This document shows, one piece after another, positions 20,861-31,169 of a stretch of DNA of 64,000 nucleotides. Made by a program: the position numbers and the translations under genes. Source of the DNA: Ignavibacteriota bacterium (GTDB lineage Bacteria > Bacteroidota > Ignavibacteria > UBA10030). The notes below the pieces were generated by a model. The model saw nothing but the letters and a program-made list of their open reading frames with translations, did no database searches and was not told the origin of the DNA. The DNA is taken from NCBI GenBank assembly GCA_963701295.1, contig OY969585.1, forward strand, positions 640,001 to 704,000. The letters run 5' to 3'. The stretch's first letter is position 1; every line of letters starts with the position of its first letter.

Positions 20861-21778
20861 TTAGTCGGCTTTTCTTTTCTGCATCTTGCTTCGTATGAGC
20901 CAATTGTCGTAGTCGGAATACAATTTGATTAACGAGCTGTTAAAATATATCCCACACAACTCAAAATATTCGTTTATTGGAACAGAAAAAAATACTTCAA
21001 TATATGCAGGGAGATTTGTATTGATAAACTTCGAATTATAGGCGTTCAAACCTTGAGAATAATGCACATAATCTCTCACCACATTTTGCGACTTCCATAA
21101 TCTATTTAATCTATTCTTTGATTCCATCACATTCGATATATCGATTGCAATATTAGGAATTAAATCCGACCAAACTTGATATGCCCATATTTCACATTTC
21201 ATACTTGTCAAGTGAGGCTTTGCATTCCAGAAGAGATGATTCGCACGCCGATGTTCGGGATGATTGTCCAATAGAAATGGAATAAATATAATATCAGGAT
21301 TCTTTTGTTTGATGAGATCTGCAAAGAATGCTGCATTTGTCATATCAATAGGAGTGCCCCCATCAGGATATCTAAGAAAAATCGGGTCACCCCCGATCAT
21401 TTTCCATACCTCTCTTGCCTCTTTCTCACGACATAAAAGCATTTCACGTTCGGGAATTTTGCTGGATGCGAGAGAACCATCTGTAATATAAACACAAGTT
21501 ATTTTCGCTCCTGCGGCGGCAGATTGAATCAGCGTTCCACCTGCGCCAATCGTCTCATCATCTTGATGAGGAGCAATAACAAGAATCCGTTTTCCTTGTC
21601 CTGGTGCTTCCCGTACCAGCGTGTTTAGATTGATTTTAAATCGATCGGTTGTAAGGACTTTTACACACGTATCGATGTCACGGATTGAAATCAAATCTCT
21701 GACGACCCATTTGTATGACCTTCTTCCCGCAAACCAACGAATTCGCCTCAATAGATACTTTTTGATTCCTTCAATCAT
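20861..21778 (-). CDS. PIG-L/LmbE family N-deacetylase
   Basis: IAPHQDDETIGAGG, TDG, REKEA and DNHPEH motifs. Confidence 0.88.
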   Translation of the reverse strand: MIEGIKKYLLRRIRWFAGRRSYKWVVRDLISIRDIDTCVKVLTTDRFKINLNTLVREAPGQGKRILVIAPHQDDETIGAGGTLIQSAAAGAKITCVYITDGSLASSKIPEREMLLCREKEAREVWKMIGGDPIFLRYPDGGTPIDMTNAAFFADLIKQKNPDIIFIPFLLDNHPEHRRANHLFWNAKPHLTSMKCEIWAYQVWSDLIPNIAIDISNVMESKNRLNRLWKSQNVVRDYVHYSQGLNAYNSKFINTNLPAYIEVFFSVPINEYFELCGIYFNSSLIKLYSDYDNWLIRSKMQKRKAD

Positions 21779-21929
21779 TTTCCTAATAACCCCACTGTGA
21801 TTTGGTTAACGTTTGAGTATTAGTGTAGGATGTCAACAGTTATTGAATCGTAAAGGAGCAGATGAATAAAAAAGAATTGTCAGTCGGGAATCAACGTGTG
21901 ATAGTGCATCGCCTTTGGTATTTATGCTC

Positions 21930-23894
21930 TCAGCGTATTACCGTCATTGAACGTGTTTTGGAAAATGATCCAGACGTGAATTTATAATAGTAAACACCGC
22001 TTGATACTCCTCCAGCGTTCCACTGGAACTGGTGAATTCCAGACGAATACACACCTTGCGCAAGTGTTTGTATTTCACGACCAAGGACATCAAAGACTTT
22101 CAGGGATGCATACCCGTCAATCGGCATTACGAACTCGATGATCGTGCTCCCATTGAAAGGATTTGGAAAGTTTGGTATAAGAGAATACTTCAGCTGCGTA
22201 GCACTGGTCGGTTGGGTTCCCACTGTCACACGCACACTGTATTGAGCAGTTCCGAGAGACGAAGTAAGTGTAAGCACGAATGTCGTGGTAGTATCCACCT
22301 GTATTGTGTCTCTGCCTATCGTTGCCACGGAACCGATATTGGGACTGATTGAGGCAGAATTTGCATCATTGGAAAACCAGTTGAGTATAACGGTACCCCC
22401 ATTTTTAGGAAGAGTATCCGGTGTAACAGCAAATGTTCCCGTCACACCTGTGGAGCCCGATTCAAATCCTGTGGCTTTCTGGAAGTCTGCAAGAGTATAG
22501 TAAAATATTTCATTAGGGAATGGAGTCGCACAAAATCTTCCCGGACTGTGGAAATGGTTGTTAATGGACGTGACGTTATGCACAACATCAAATTTGTCTA
22601 AGTTAGTATTTGATTGCGTCCCTGTAACATTATTTCCTTCGAGTAATGCTGTACCAGTTCCCAACATAGTAGCAACACCAAGTCCTGTCGCTACTGCGGT
22701 TATCGTATTATTGTAGACATGAGTTTGTCCAGACCCTCCCAAATTTTCCACCGTTCCAGCTTTACAAAGAATGACACTTATTGCCGGCCCAATGCCGCCA
22801 TTGGTTGTGATAAGGTTATCATGAGCCACCCATTGCTCACCATGCAAATAGATTGCGCCTTGAAGGTTTGTAAATGTGCAATATTGAACAGTGTCTCCAT
22901 AATTCAAATACGTATCTACGCCTGAGTCAATGATATTCTCCACGAGACAATGATCCGCAACGCAGGAAGTGTCGGATTCAAAACCTAACCCGCACTGCTC
23001 ACCGCCCTGTGAGATCCCTAATACCCCGTCCATTTCGTTGTTTACTGTATCGTAGGCAAATTTATTGCGAACCCCAAAATAATCATACACTGCGGTTCTG
23101 CTTGTCGAGTCCACATAACACGAATCAATAAGACAATCATGGGTGCCGGTGGAAAGGAACATGGCTTCATTCATACAATTCAACGTCTTGATATGCCGCC
23201 AAATCAAATGGTCGCCCGTGAGAGCTTTCAGTGCCGTCCGGTAATTTCTAAACTCTAAGTTCTGTACGGTGACGTAACTTCCATCTGCAAAACTACCCTC
23301 TCGGAAGATGTGTAGTTGTCCTGGTGCATTGCTGTCATTTGTCCTTACCCATATTGTGTCTGAACCGCCAGCACCTGGGCCATAGCTTGAAGCCACAAAG
23401 CTATCCAGAAATTTCCTTAGGCTATCGGCATTGGACAAATAAAACTGAATCTCTCCCTCTTGATGTGTCATTTGCTGCCACGCGCCTGAATAATACTCAT
23501 ATCCATACGTCTCCACCGTGCGTCCGCACCACGTTTTGTAATAACCAACTCGCCCGGGAACGGCTGTCCATGTATGAAATGACATATCTCCATAGATTAT
23601 CGGTTTCCCACCTGTGCCATACGCATCTATCACTATACGATTAGATGATGTTCCTGTGAATGTTTGAGATATCTCTCCTTCAAAAACGTCTCCCCGTTTA
23701 AGCAAAATATGATCCCCCGCATTGAAACTTGACCGCGATATTTTGGTCAATGTTTGCCACGGAGTCGTTGTGGATGTCCCATTGTTCCCATCATTCCCAC
23801 TCGATGAACTAACGTAATACGTCGTCTGAGCAGACATTGGAACACGATTTAACATCAAAAGAACCATTATGAGGATTCGTTTCACTGTAACCAT
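21930..23894 (-). CDS. Secreted right-handed beta-helix protein with T9SS-type C-terminal sorting domain
   Basis: Likely start ATG 23894 (GGGAGA RBS, signal peptide ending MSA-Q); TTYYVSSSSGNDGNNG beta-helix cap; C-terminal NFPNPFN...GVYYY. Confidence 0.8.
   Translation of the reverse strand: MVTVKRILIMVLLMLNRVPMSAQTTYYVSSSSGNDGNNGTSTTTPWQTLTKISRSSFNAGDHILLKRGDVFEGEISQTFTGTSSNRIVIDAYGTGGKPIIYGDMSFHTWTAVPGRVGYYKTWCGRTVETYGYEYYSGAWQQMTHQEGEIQFYLSNADSLRKFLDSFVASSYGPGAGGSDTIWVRTNDSNAPGQLHIFREGSFADGSYVTVQNLEFRNYRTALKALTGDHLIWRHIKTLNCMNEAMFLSTGTHDCLIDSCYVDSTSRTAVYDYFGVRNKFAYDTVNNEMDGVLGISQGGEQCGLGFESDTSCVADHCLVENIIDSGVDTYLNYGDTVQYCTFTNLQGAIYLHGEQWVAHDNLITTNGGIGPAISVILCKAGTVENLGGSGQTHVYNNTITAVATGLGVATMLGTGTALLEGNNVTGTQSNTNLDKFDVVHNVTSINNHFHSPGRFCATPFPNEIFYYTLADFQKATGFESGSTGVTGTFAVTPDTLPKNGGTVILNWFSNDANSASISPNIGSVATIGRDTIQVDTTTTFVLTLTSSLGTAQYSVRVTVGTQPTSATQLKYSLIPNFPNPFNGSTIIEFVMPIDGYASLKVFDVLGREIQTLAQGVYSSGIHQFQWNAGGVSSGVYYYKFTSGSFSKTRSMTVIR
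23115..23828. repeat. 714-bp direct repeat, copy 1
   Basis: Line-by-line comparison with 36375..37088 (offset 13260) shows no mismatch. Confidence 0.92.
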
Positions 23895-24176
23895 GCTCTT
23901 TGATCTCCCAGGCCACAGCTTCGGCTGCCGTCTTTCCTGGTAAAATTCCTGGATACTCGAAAGGAACATACTGTGATGATTCATGGAATCTCCTTTCACT
24001 AAAGCTTTATGAATTACTAAAAAAATTCCATTTCCAACTGAACTAAAACAATCACGCACTCCTTACGTATTCACATTTGCAATCGATGATAGATCAACAA
24101 CCCTACGAAATTCACTCAAAGTGCATTACAATTGACAGGAAAAGAATAATCGCGATACTAAATAGTACATTTAATC

Positions 24177-25211
24177 TTATTTGATATTCAACGAACAAAA
24201 CCACTCAACAGTTTCCTTCATTCCGCTCTTTACCACGTGGGAAGGAAGGTATCCCAACAATTCTTTTGCTTTTGTGATATCAGCTTGAGAATGTCGAACA
24301 TCACCTGGCCGAAAGGAACCAATGTTTGGCTCTATAGATTTGATCTTCTGGTCATACTCTCCCAACAAGTCCCTTATCATAAAAAATAATTCTTTTAGTG
24401 TTGTCCTGCCGCCGACTGCAACATTATAGACCTGATTCACCGCACTTTTATTCTCTATCGTAGCAGCCAGAATATTTGCCTGTATCACATTATCGATGTA
24501 ACAGAAGTCTCTGCTTGTTTCTCCATCACCATAAATTGTCGAGGCTTTTCCATCCAGCAGTTCACCGATCCATTTGGGAATCACGGCTGCATAAGCTCCG
24601 TCGGGATCCTGTCGCCGACCAAAAACATTGAAGTAACGTAAACCGATGGTCTCAAATCCGTAACAACGGGCAAATACATCGGCATAGAGTTCGTTGACAT
24701 ATTTTGTAACCGCATATGGAGAAAGAGGCTTCCCTATCTTATCCTCTATTTTTGGAAGACCAGGATGGTCTCCATAGGTTGAGCTGCTGGCGGCATACAC
24801 AAACCGTTTCACCTTATTGTCGCGAGCAACAACCAGCATATTCAGCATACCAGTAATATTATTTTCGTTCGTAAAAATTGGGTTCGCAATCGATCGCGGC
24901 ACCGAACCAATAGCAGCCTCGTGCAAGACAAAGTCGACATCTGTGCAGGATTGCTGACAGGTCTCGAGATTCCGGATATCTCCTTCGATGAAATTGAACT
25001 GGGACCACTGCTTTTCACTGACTAGCGATTTTACATCGTATAGATTTTTTTTATGCCCAGTTGAAAAATTATCCAATCCGATAACGACCTGATCGAGCTT
25101 CAGGAGTTGCTCGAGAAGATTGGAGCCGATAAAACCTGCCACACCGGTCACGAGCCATCGCTTTGGCTCCTTTTTTAATTGTCGTATCATTTCTTCGTAC
25201 TTCGTCGCCAT
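24177..25211 (-). CDS. wbpP: UDP-GlcNAc(A) C4-epimerase (WbpP/TviC-like)
   Basis: [41 protein letters not shown] and AYAAVIPKW. Confidence 0.88.
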   Translation of the reverse strand: MATKYEEMIRQLKKEPKRWLVTGVAGFIGSNLLEQLLKLDQVVIGLDNFSTGHKKNLYDVKSLVSEKQWSQFNFIEGDIRNLETCQQSCTDVDFVLHEAAIGSVPRSIANPIFTNENNITGMLNMLVVARDNKVKRFVYAASSSTYGDHPGLPKIEDKIGKPLSPYAVTKYVNELYADVFARCYGFETIGLRYFNVFGRRQDPDGAYAAVIPKWIGELLDGKASTIYGDGETSRDFCYIDNVIQANILAATIENKSAVNQVYNVAVGGRTTLKELFFMIRDLLGEYDQKIKSIEPNIGSFRPGDVRHSQADITKAKELLGYLPSHVVKSGMKETVEWFCSLNIK

Positions 25212-25338
25212 ATAACCTTCTCAATGGTTTATTGATCAATGTGCCATCTTTATCTGTCTGTTTTATTGTTTATAAATATGTTTCAACAAGCCAATATATT
25301 GGCGCTACTCGCGATACGATAAAGTGCAAGCCTTTTGC

Positions 25339-26646
25339 CTATGCTTGATGTACGAACGATATACGATGGTCAGCAATATTCCGTGTATTGAGGATGGGGA
25401 TATTGAAAGATGTGAAATCAATTTTTTTATATTCACTGTGGGCTGTTGCTATAAGGATAAGATCATACTTGTTATTGACATCAACGGATTTTTTTCCCGC
25501 ATAACAAGACCACTCTCGTGAAGGTCGAATCATCGGTACATAGGGATCATTATAGCTGACGATAGCCCCATGTTTTTCTAACTTCTCCATCAAATGATAG
25601 GATGGTGATTCACGATCGTCATCGACATTTGCCTTATATGCCAAACCAAGGATCAAGATTTTCGAACCTTTGAGCGGTTTTTTGTACTCATTCAGTACTT
25701 CCATCGCTCGCTGTACAACAAAGTCCGGCATCGCGCTGTTAATTTCTCCGGCAAGTTCGATGAACCGCGTTGTCATTCCGTACTCGTGCGCTTTCCATGT
25801 GAGATAGAACGGATCTATCGGAATACAATGTCCACCGAGCCCCGGTCCCGGATAGAATGGCATAAAACCGAATGGCTTTGTTTTCGCGGCATCGATGACT
25901 TCCCAAATGTCAATCCCCATTTTCATCAACGTTACCTTTAATTCATTTACTAACGCGATATTAACCGCACGAAAAATATTTTCCAGCAGCTTTGTCGCCT
26001 CCGCTGCCCTCGTATTCGAAACCGGGATGGTCCGAACGACAACTTGCTGATACAATTTCTCTGCGACAACCAATCCTTCGTGTGAAGTTGCACCGACTAC
26101 TTTAGGAATCGTTTCCGTGCGGTAATCTATATTGGCAGGGTCTTCACGTTCCGGCGAAAATGCAGCAAAGAAATCCCTGTCCACTTTCAATCCCTTCTCC
26201 TCAAGAATGGGAATCATCACTTCATCGGTCGTACCGGGATAAGTTGACGACTCTAGAACGATCAATTGTCCTTTTCGTATATAGGGGGCAATTGCTTTAC
26301 ATGATGCAACAATATACTGGACATCCGGTTCACGATTTTTATTCAGAGGGGTTGGCACTGCTATAAGGATGACATCGCATTCACGCGCACGAGCGAACCC
26401 TGCCGTCGCAGAAAACAATCCACTCTTCACGGCTCTTTGGATACGCTCCGACGGAATATGTTTGATATATGATTCACCACGCATCAGGGCATCGATTTTC
26501 TTCATATCAATGTCGAGCCCGATTGAAGTGAAACCCTTTTCGGCGAAACAGAGAATTAATGGAAGACCAACATAGCCGAGACCGATGACCCCAATCACCG
26601 CTTTTTTCTGTTCAATTTTTTGAAAAAGTTCTTCGTGGATTGTCAT
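25339..26646 (-). CDS. wbpA: UDP-N-acetylhexosamine 6-dehydrogenase (WbpA-like)
   Basis: GLGYVGLP, ESSTYPGTT, SPEREDP, KLLENIFR and GPGLGGHCIP. Confidence 0.85.
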   Translation of the reverse strand: MTIHEELFQKIEQKKAVIGVIGLGYVGLPLILCFAEKGFTSIGLDIDMKKIDALMRGESYIKHIPSERIQRAVKSGLFSATAGFARARECDVILIAVPTPLNKNREPDVQYIVASCKAIAPYIRKGQLIVLESSTYPGTTDEVMIPILEEKGLKVDRDFFAAFSPEREDPANIDYRTETIPKVVGATSHEGLVVAEKLYQQVVVRTIPVSNTRAAEATKLLENIFRAVNIALVNELKVTLMKMGIDIWEVIDAAKTKPFGFMPFYPGPGLGGHCIPIDPFYLTWKAHEYGMTTRFIELAGEINSAMPDFVVQRAMEVLNEYKKPLKGSKILILGLAYKANVDDDRESPSYHLMEKLEKHGAIVSYNDPYVPMIRPSREWSCYAGKKSVDVNNKYDLILIATAHSEYKKIDFTSFNIPILNTRNIADHRISFVHQA

Positions 26647-26655
26647 AAAAAGTAT

Positions 26656-27171
26656 TTATCCTCTGCTGGTTTGTATTGCTTTCAAAAGTTCTGCCGGTAC
26701 CTGGACCGAAACAGATTGCTCTATCGCAACAATTGATACAACTACGCGTGCAACTCCTTGCATCCGAGTAACGATCCCCTCTAATCCGATCAACGGTCCC
26801 GCGGTTACTCTTACCCGCTCGCCGACATTGAGATACTGCTCGCGTTGCATTTCTATAGGCCCGCTGACGATCCGTCGAAGCCACTCAATTTGCGATTCTG
26901 GAATCGATGACGGTTTGTGATTGATCCCAACAAACCGAACGACACCGTCAGTTATCAGAATTTCTTCTTTGTCTCGCAGGTCGGTCTTCACGAATACATA
27001 TCCACGAAAGAGCGGTTCCTGAATCTTTTTCTTACGGTCACTCCAGATGTGCACTTCTTCGATGAGAGGGAGAAAGGTTTCTACTTCTTTTTTCCCTAGA
27101 TCCTCGTACACTTTTTTTTCATACCTGCTGCGGAGATAAAGGGCATACCATTGTCTACTGACACCGATCAT
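26656..27171 (-). CDS. upxY: UpxY-family NusG-paralog transcription antiterminator
   Basis: WYALYLRSRYEKKV, WSDRKKKIQEPLFRGYVFV and KOW motif GERVRVTAGPLIGLEG. Confidence 0.85.
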   Translation of the reverse strand: MIGVSRQWYALYLRSRYEKKVYEDLGKKEVETFLPLIEEVHIWSDRKKKIQEPLFRGYVFVKTDLRDKEEILITDGVVRFVGINHKPSSIPESQIEWLRRIVSGPIEMQREQYLNVGERVRVTAGPLIGLEGIVTRMQGVARVVVSIVAIEQSVSVQVPAELLKAIQTSRG

Positions 27172-27743
27172 TTTTTTGAAACGTTAATGATCTGTGTGAT
27201 TGTTGATGTGATAATCGCTGCTGACACAACCACACCAAAGACGTCTCTAACCGTTGACCAAGCCGTGCGATCTACAAAGACAATATCCCCCGGTATCAGT
27301 TGCAAATCTTCCGGCCGAACAGTTGAAAGATTTTCTAGGTCAAGATAAATTTCCCGGCGAGTGATTTTTGCTTCTTCTTTGAGAAAAGCGGAAAGAGTTC
27401 TCTGATCAGGCTGAATATCCTGGCGTACCATCTTTTCTCCGTCTTTAATTATCCGGATGACCTTCACTTTATTCAGTGAACCATCTGTTGTCGGCCCGCC
27501 TGCTAGCGAAATTAGATTCATGAGATCGATCGAACTTGATATTTCATACCTGCCAGGTCGTTGAACATTTCCCATCACACTTACGATCATTGTAATGTCG
27601 TTCGGACGCGCAAAGTAGAAGTTGGTACTTGTCGTCCCACCAGATGTCGTTGAAATCTGATTGTTCTGATCTGTCTGTGCATTCACGGATGCCAAGCATA
27701 ACAAGAGTAAACCTGCAAGTGTACTACTGCAAAAAAATTTCAT
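27168..27743 (-). CDS. SLBB-domain polysaccharide export protein (Wza-like, short)
   Basis: Signal peptide, VSVMGNVQRPGRY, LISLAGG, LIPGDIVFV and a C-terminal amphipathic helix. Confidence 0.75.
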   Translation of the reverse strand: MKFFCSSTLAGLLLLCLASVNAQTDQNNQISTTSGGTTSTNFYFARPNDITMIVSVMGNVQRPGRYEISSSIDLMNLISLAGGPTTDGSLNKVKVIRIIKDGEKMVRQDIQPDQRTLSAFLKEEAKITRREIYLDLENLSTVRPEDLQLIPGDIVFVDRTAWSTVRDVFGVVVSAAIITSTITQIINVSKK

Positions 27744-27786
27744 AAGCTTCTTCTACCCCTTTTTGTGATTATAAACATTGAACGCA

Positions 27787-30117
27787 TCATCTTTTCACCT
27801 CTTTATCGTTGAGATAATATCCGGATTCATAAGCATAGTATCCATAATGATAGCCAGAAGAATATCTGCCATAGGATCCCCGAATATCATAATTGTTCAA
27901 GACTACGCCAAATATTTTTACACCAATGCTCAGAAGAAACTCAACAACCGGCTTGAGAGCATTTGCTTTTGTTATACCTGCTGAAGCAACGATCACCACA
28001 CCATCCGTTTCTCTTGCAAGAGCGGCTGCATCTGTCACCGCTAGCAAGGGTGGTGTGTCAAAGAAAATCATATCATATTTTTCCTTCATAACTTTAATAA
28101 ATTCTTTCATCTTTTTTGATCCTAGAATTTCAGATGGATTATGAGGTGCGGGTCCGGAATTGATGATATCGAGATTTGGAAGAACCTGTCGTTGGATTAC
28201 TTCTTCCAGATCAGCACTGTCTGCCAGAAGATTTGTGAGTCCTATTTCATTCTTCAAACCAAAAAGAGATTGAACCATTGGACATCTCAAATCTGCATTT
28301 ACAAGAAGAACTTTTTTCTCAGCTTGTGCCATTGAGACCGCAAGGTTACACACGGTCGTTGTTTTGCCTTCCTTGGGATTTGCACTTGTGATAACAATGG
28401 ATCGTACATGTGTTTTTGCTTGCAGAAATTGTATATTTGTACGCAAATGGCGGTATGATTCGGAAATAGGTGCCATTGGCCTATAGAAAGTGACAAGGTG
28501 CGGATCGAAGAGACATAGGGCCTTTTGAGTTTTAATGTCTTGTTTAATTCTCTTTATTTCACCATCCATCTGGCTAATCGAAGAGAGGGGGACAAACCCA
28601 AGACGTTTCAAATCCCCCGGTGTTCTTATCCGAAAATCAGCAAATGCCCATACAAATGCTATTCCAACTCCAAGTCCTATGCCAACGAGAAATCCAAGGA
28701 TCAAGTTTCGAAAAATACGAGGACTTACTGGTGTGGTCGGTACAACTGCCCGATCAACAACCTCAACATATCCAAATTGCGATTTTTCTTTGATTGCTGT
28801 TTCATTGAATTTTTCTTCGACGAGCAGATAGAGCTTTTCACTGCTCAAACGAGATCGTTGTAGTTTTGCCAACTCAATGCTTTTTTTCGGGATTTGATTG
28901 AATTTTTTTTCATATTCTCCAATGACCCCATCGAGAGCCATTTTCCTTGCCTCAAGACCCTGCAACTCAATCTGTTGTTCAATGATCTTCTGTTTTGCCT
29001 CTGCTAGGAAGGAACCAGTTCCTTCCCCCTGACCACGTGAACCGGGCATCATTGAACCGAGAAATTGTTCGGTACGAGTCTGTAGGTTTTTTTTTAACAT
29101 TCCGATTTGTTGATTGACCTCTTTCAATTTGTCAGAGTAAATCTGTTGATCAGCTAGTTCGGGATTCTGTGCAATGACGATGTCGCGCTGAACTTCGAGC
29201 TTGGCAATCTGATCCTGAAGAAGACGAATGTAACTGTCGTTCGCTTCGCCCATCTCCTTTGCTGAACCCGGTTCCAGCCTCACAAGTTCTTCCTTATAGG
29301 ATGATAAAGTTTTCTGTTTCGAGCTTTTTTCTACTTCGATACCATCACGCTGAGCCTCAAGTTGTGATAGTTGTTCCACAACCTTGCTTCCCTCAGCATC
29401 AAGGGAAACAACACCGGAGGAACGCATGTAGTTTTGCAGATCCTTTTCATTTGCCTCGAGGCCAGCTTTTTTTGATTGAAGCTGGGTTTGCAGAAATTCA
29501 CGAACAGCTTTTGAGTGGAGACGGCTCGCGTTGAGATTTCTGGTAGAATAAACTTCTGTGTACACATTGGCAATCAGAGCGGCTTCTCTAGGATTTCTGC
29601 TTCTTGTTGTGATTTTGATTATGTCTGTCTCTCGAATCGGTGCAAATTCGACCATACTCAATAATCTATCCCTGACCTCATCAGCGGTCGTTATTGTATC
29701 TTTCCGCACCTCCCGTTTCTCGAAAGTTAAAATTGGAATGACTTCTGTCTTTTTATCGTCGAGAAACATCATGGAATGGAGTGCTGCTGCAACATCTTGG
29801 GCAGTCGATTGGGATTTTAGAATTTCAAGCTCGTTTGCAATTTTGTTGGTAGCTACCGTGCCTGTGGGATCGAACATAGGAAGTGATCCGTCCTTCGATT
29901 GCATGTTGATCAGAACGAGTGAACTCGCTTCATAAATAGGTTTTTCTGTAAAATTGTAGAGAGCAGTAAGACCAATAATCGTGATAAGTGTAAAGAAAAT
30001 TATCCACTTTCCACGAAGGAGAATTGCAAGATATTCCAATAAAGGTGACTCATTCGGTGTATCGTTAGTTTGTCCCTTGTCCCTGTTAAAGTTTCTGGCA
30101 TTTTGAGAAGAATTCAT
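27787..30117 (-). CDS. wzc: Wzc polysaccharide co-polymerase / BY tyrosine kinase
   Basis: Two TM segments, coiled coil, ESYRHLRTN, Walker A SANPKEGKTT, Walker B FFDTPP and Tyr-rich tail. Confidence 0.92.
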   Translation of the reverse strand: MNSSQNARNFNRDKGQTNDTPNESPLLEYLAILLRGKWIIFFTLITIIGLTALYNFTEKPIYEASSLVLINMQSKDGSLPMFDPTGTVATNKIANELEILKSQSTAQDVAAALHSMMFLDDKKTEVIPILTFEKREVRKDTITTADEVRDRLLSMVEFAPIRETDIIKITTRSRNPREAALIANVYTEVYSTRNLNASRLHSKAVREFLQTQLQSKKAGLEANEKDLQNYMRSSGVVSLDAEGSKVVEQLSQLEAQRDGIEVEKSSKQKTLSSYKEELVRLEPGSAKEMGEANDSYIRLLQDQIAKLEVQRDIVIAQNPELADQQIYSDKLKEVNQQIGMLKKNLQTRTEQFLGSMMPGSRGQGEGTGSFLAEAKQKIIEQQIELQGLEARKMALDGVIGEYEKKFNQIPKKSIELAKLQRSRLSSEKLYLLVEEKFNETAIKEKSQFGYVEVVDRAVVPTTPVSPRIFRNLILGFLVGIGLGVGIAFVWAFADFRIRTPGDLKRLGFVPLSSISQMDGEIKRIKQDIKTQKALCLFDPHLVTFYRPMAPISESYRHLRTNIQFLQAKTHVRSIVITSANPKEGKTTTVCNLAVSMAQAEKKVLLVNADLRCPMVQSLFGLKNEIGLTNLLADSADLEEVIQRQVLPNLDIINSGPAPHNPSEILGSKKMKEFIKVMKEKYDMIFFDTPPLLAVTDAAALARETDGVVIVASAGITKANALKPVVEFLLSIGVKIFGVVLNNYDIRGSYGRYSSGYHYGYYAYESGYYLNDKEVKR

Positions 30118-30592
30118 ATAAAATTCCGTTTTATAAAAACATTCCTTAAATCGTGTAATCCTGAATTCTGATAATATGATACCTACACGCTGATTGTTGA
30201 ATATGTCTAAGGATACTAGATCTGAATTATTACAGCTCCGCTTTTTCAGTCACAGCACTATGCGACATGAATGGAAAATAATCAAAAAATGAACCTCCAG
30301 TAGAACCCCAAAAATAAAAAAAGGACCAGATACGAATATCATCCATAGTTTTAGTAATTCATGGCATCTACTGTAGCAGGTCAATTTTGCAATTCTTTTT
30401 GCTCAAAATCAATGTTTATATCAAATTGCAGATAATTTTAGATGTTTGAAACTCAAGACTGATAAAAATAATAAAAATGAATTACTATTTGGATGATAGA
30501 AATCACTTCTTAAGGATAACACGACAACCGATTCGTCGCCGAACTTAAAGACATACATTGGGATGATAGAAATAATTTATTATATTTTTCTG

Positions 30593-31063
30593 ATGAAAAT
30601 CTTATTTGTTTGTACAGCAAATATTTGCCGCAGTGTCATGGCAGAGGGAATCTTCAAGAAACTACTCATGCATTCCACTGGTAGTCCTACGATCGTTGTG
30701 GCCTCTGCCGGTATTGATGCCCTGGAGAATTATACGCCGGATCGAACCACTAACGAGATTTGCATTAAACGTGGTGTTCATATCAGTTCACACAAAGCAC
30801 GACAATTGACAAAGGCAATGTTGAAAGAAACAGAAATTGTCCTCTGTATGGAGAAAGTTCACAAACAACGTATTCTCGGTGCATTTCCGAAGTTCATCAA
30901 GCATGTTTTTCTTCTAAAAGAATACTTGCATGCAACTCCCCTCAATGATGCAGAGATAAAAGATCCTACTGGTAAATCAAAAAAAGACTATGAAAAATGT
31001 TTCAAAGAGATAGAAAAAGAAGTACAAAGGATCTTGCCAATAATTCTTAAGGGTACATCTTAA
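30593..31063 (+). CDS. Low-molecular-weight protein tyrosine/arginine phosphatase (Wzb-like)
   Basis: FVCTANICRS CX5R P-loop and IKDP motif; divergent from wzc. Confidence 0.85.
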   Translation: MKILFVCTANICRSVMAEGIFKKLLMHSTGSPTIVVASAGIDALENYTPDRTTNEICIKRGVHISSHKARQLTKAMLKETEIVLCMEKVHKQRILGAFPKFIKHVFLLKEYLHATPLNDAEIKDPTGKSKKDYEKCFKEIEKEVQRILPIILKGTS

Positions 31064-31169
31064 ATCTCAACACGCCGGAATCAGTCTTTGTATTTGTTTT
31101 TTCATCATTTTGTATCTTCGTTGTCGCCATACTGTTCGAATGATTTATTCTCGATCATTCGAAGAAGTT

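Noticed and set aside
23324-23644. Identical 106-aa + strand ORFs at 23324 and 36584
   Set aside because: They are antisense shadows of the 714-bp repeat within real minus-strand genes.
23895-24059. 55-aa N-terminal extension of the short T9SS protein in the ORF track
   Set aside because: The signal peptide and RBS fit ATG 23894 better.
30118-30592. Invertible promoter as in Bacteroides capsule loci
   Set aside because: I could not find convincing flanking inverted repeats or a recombinase gene.
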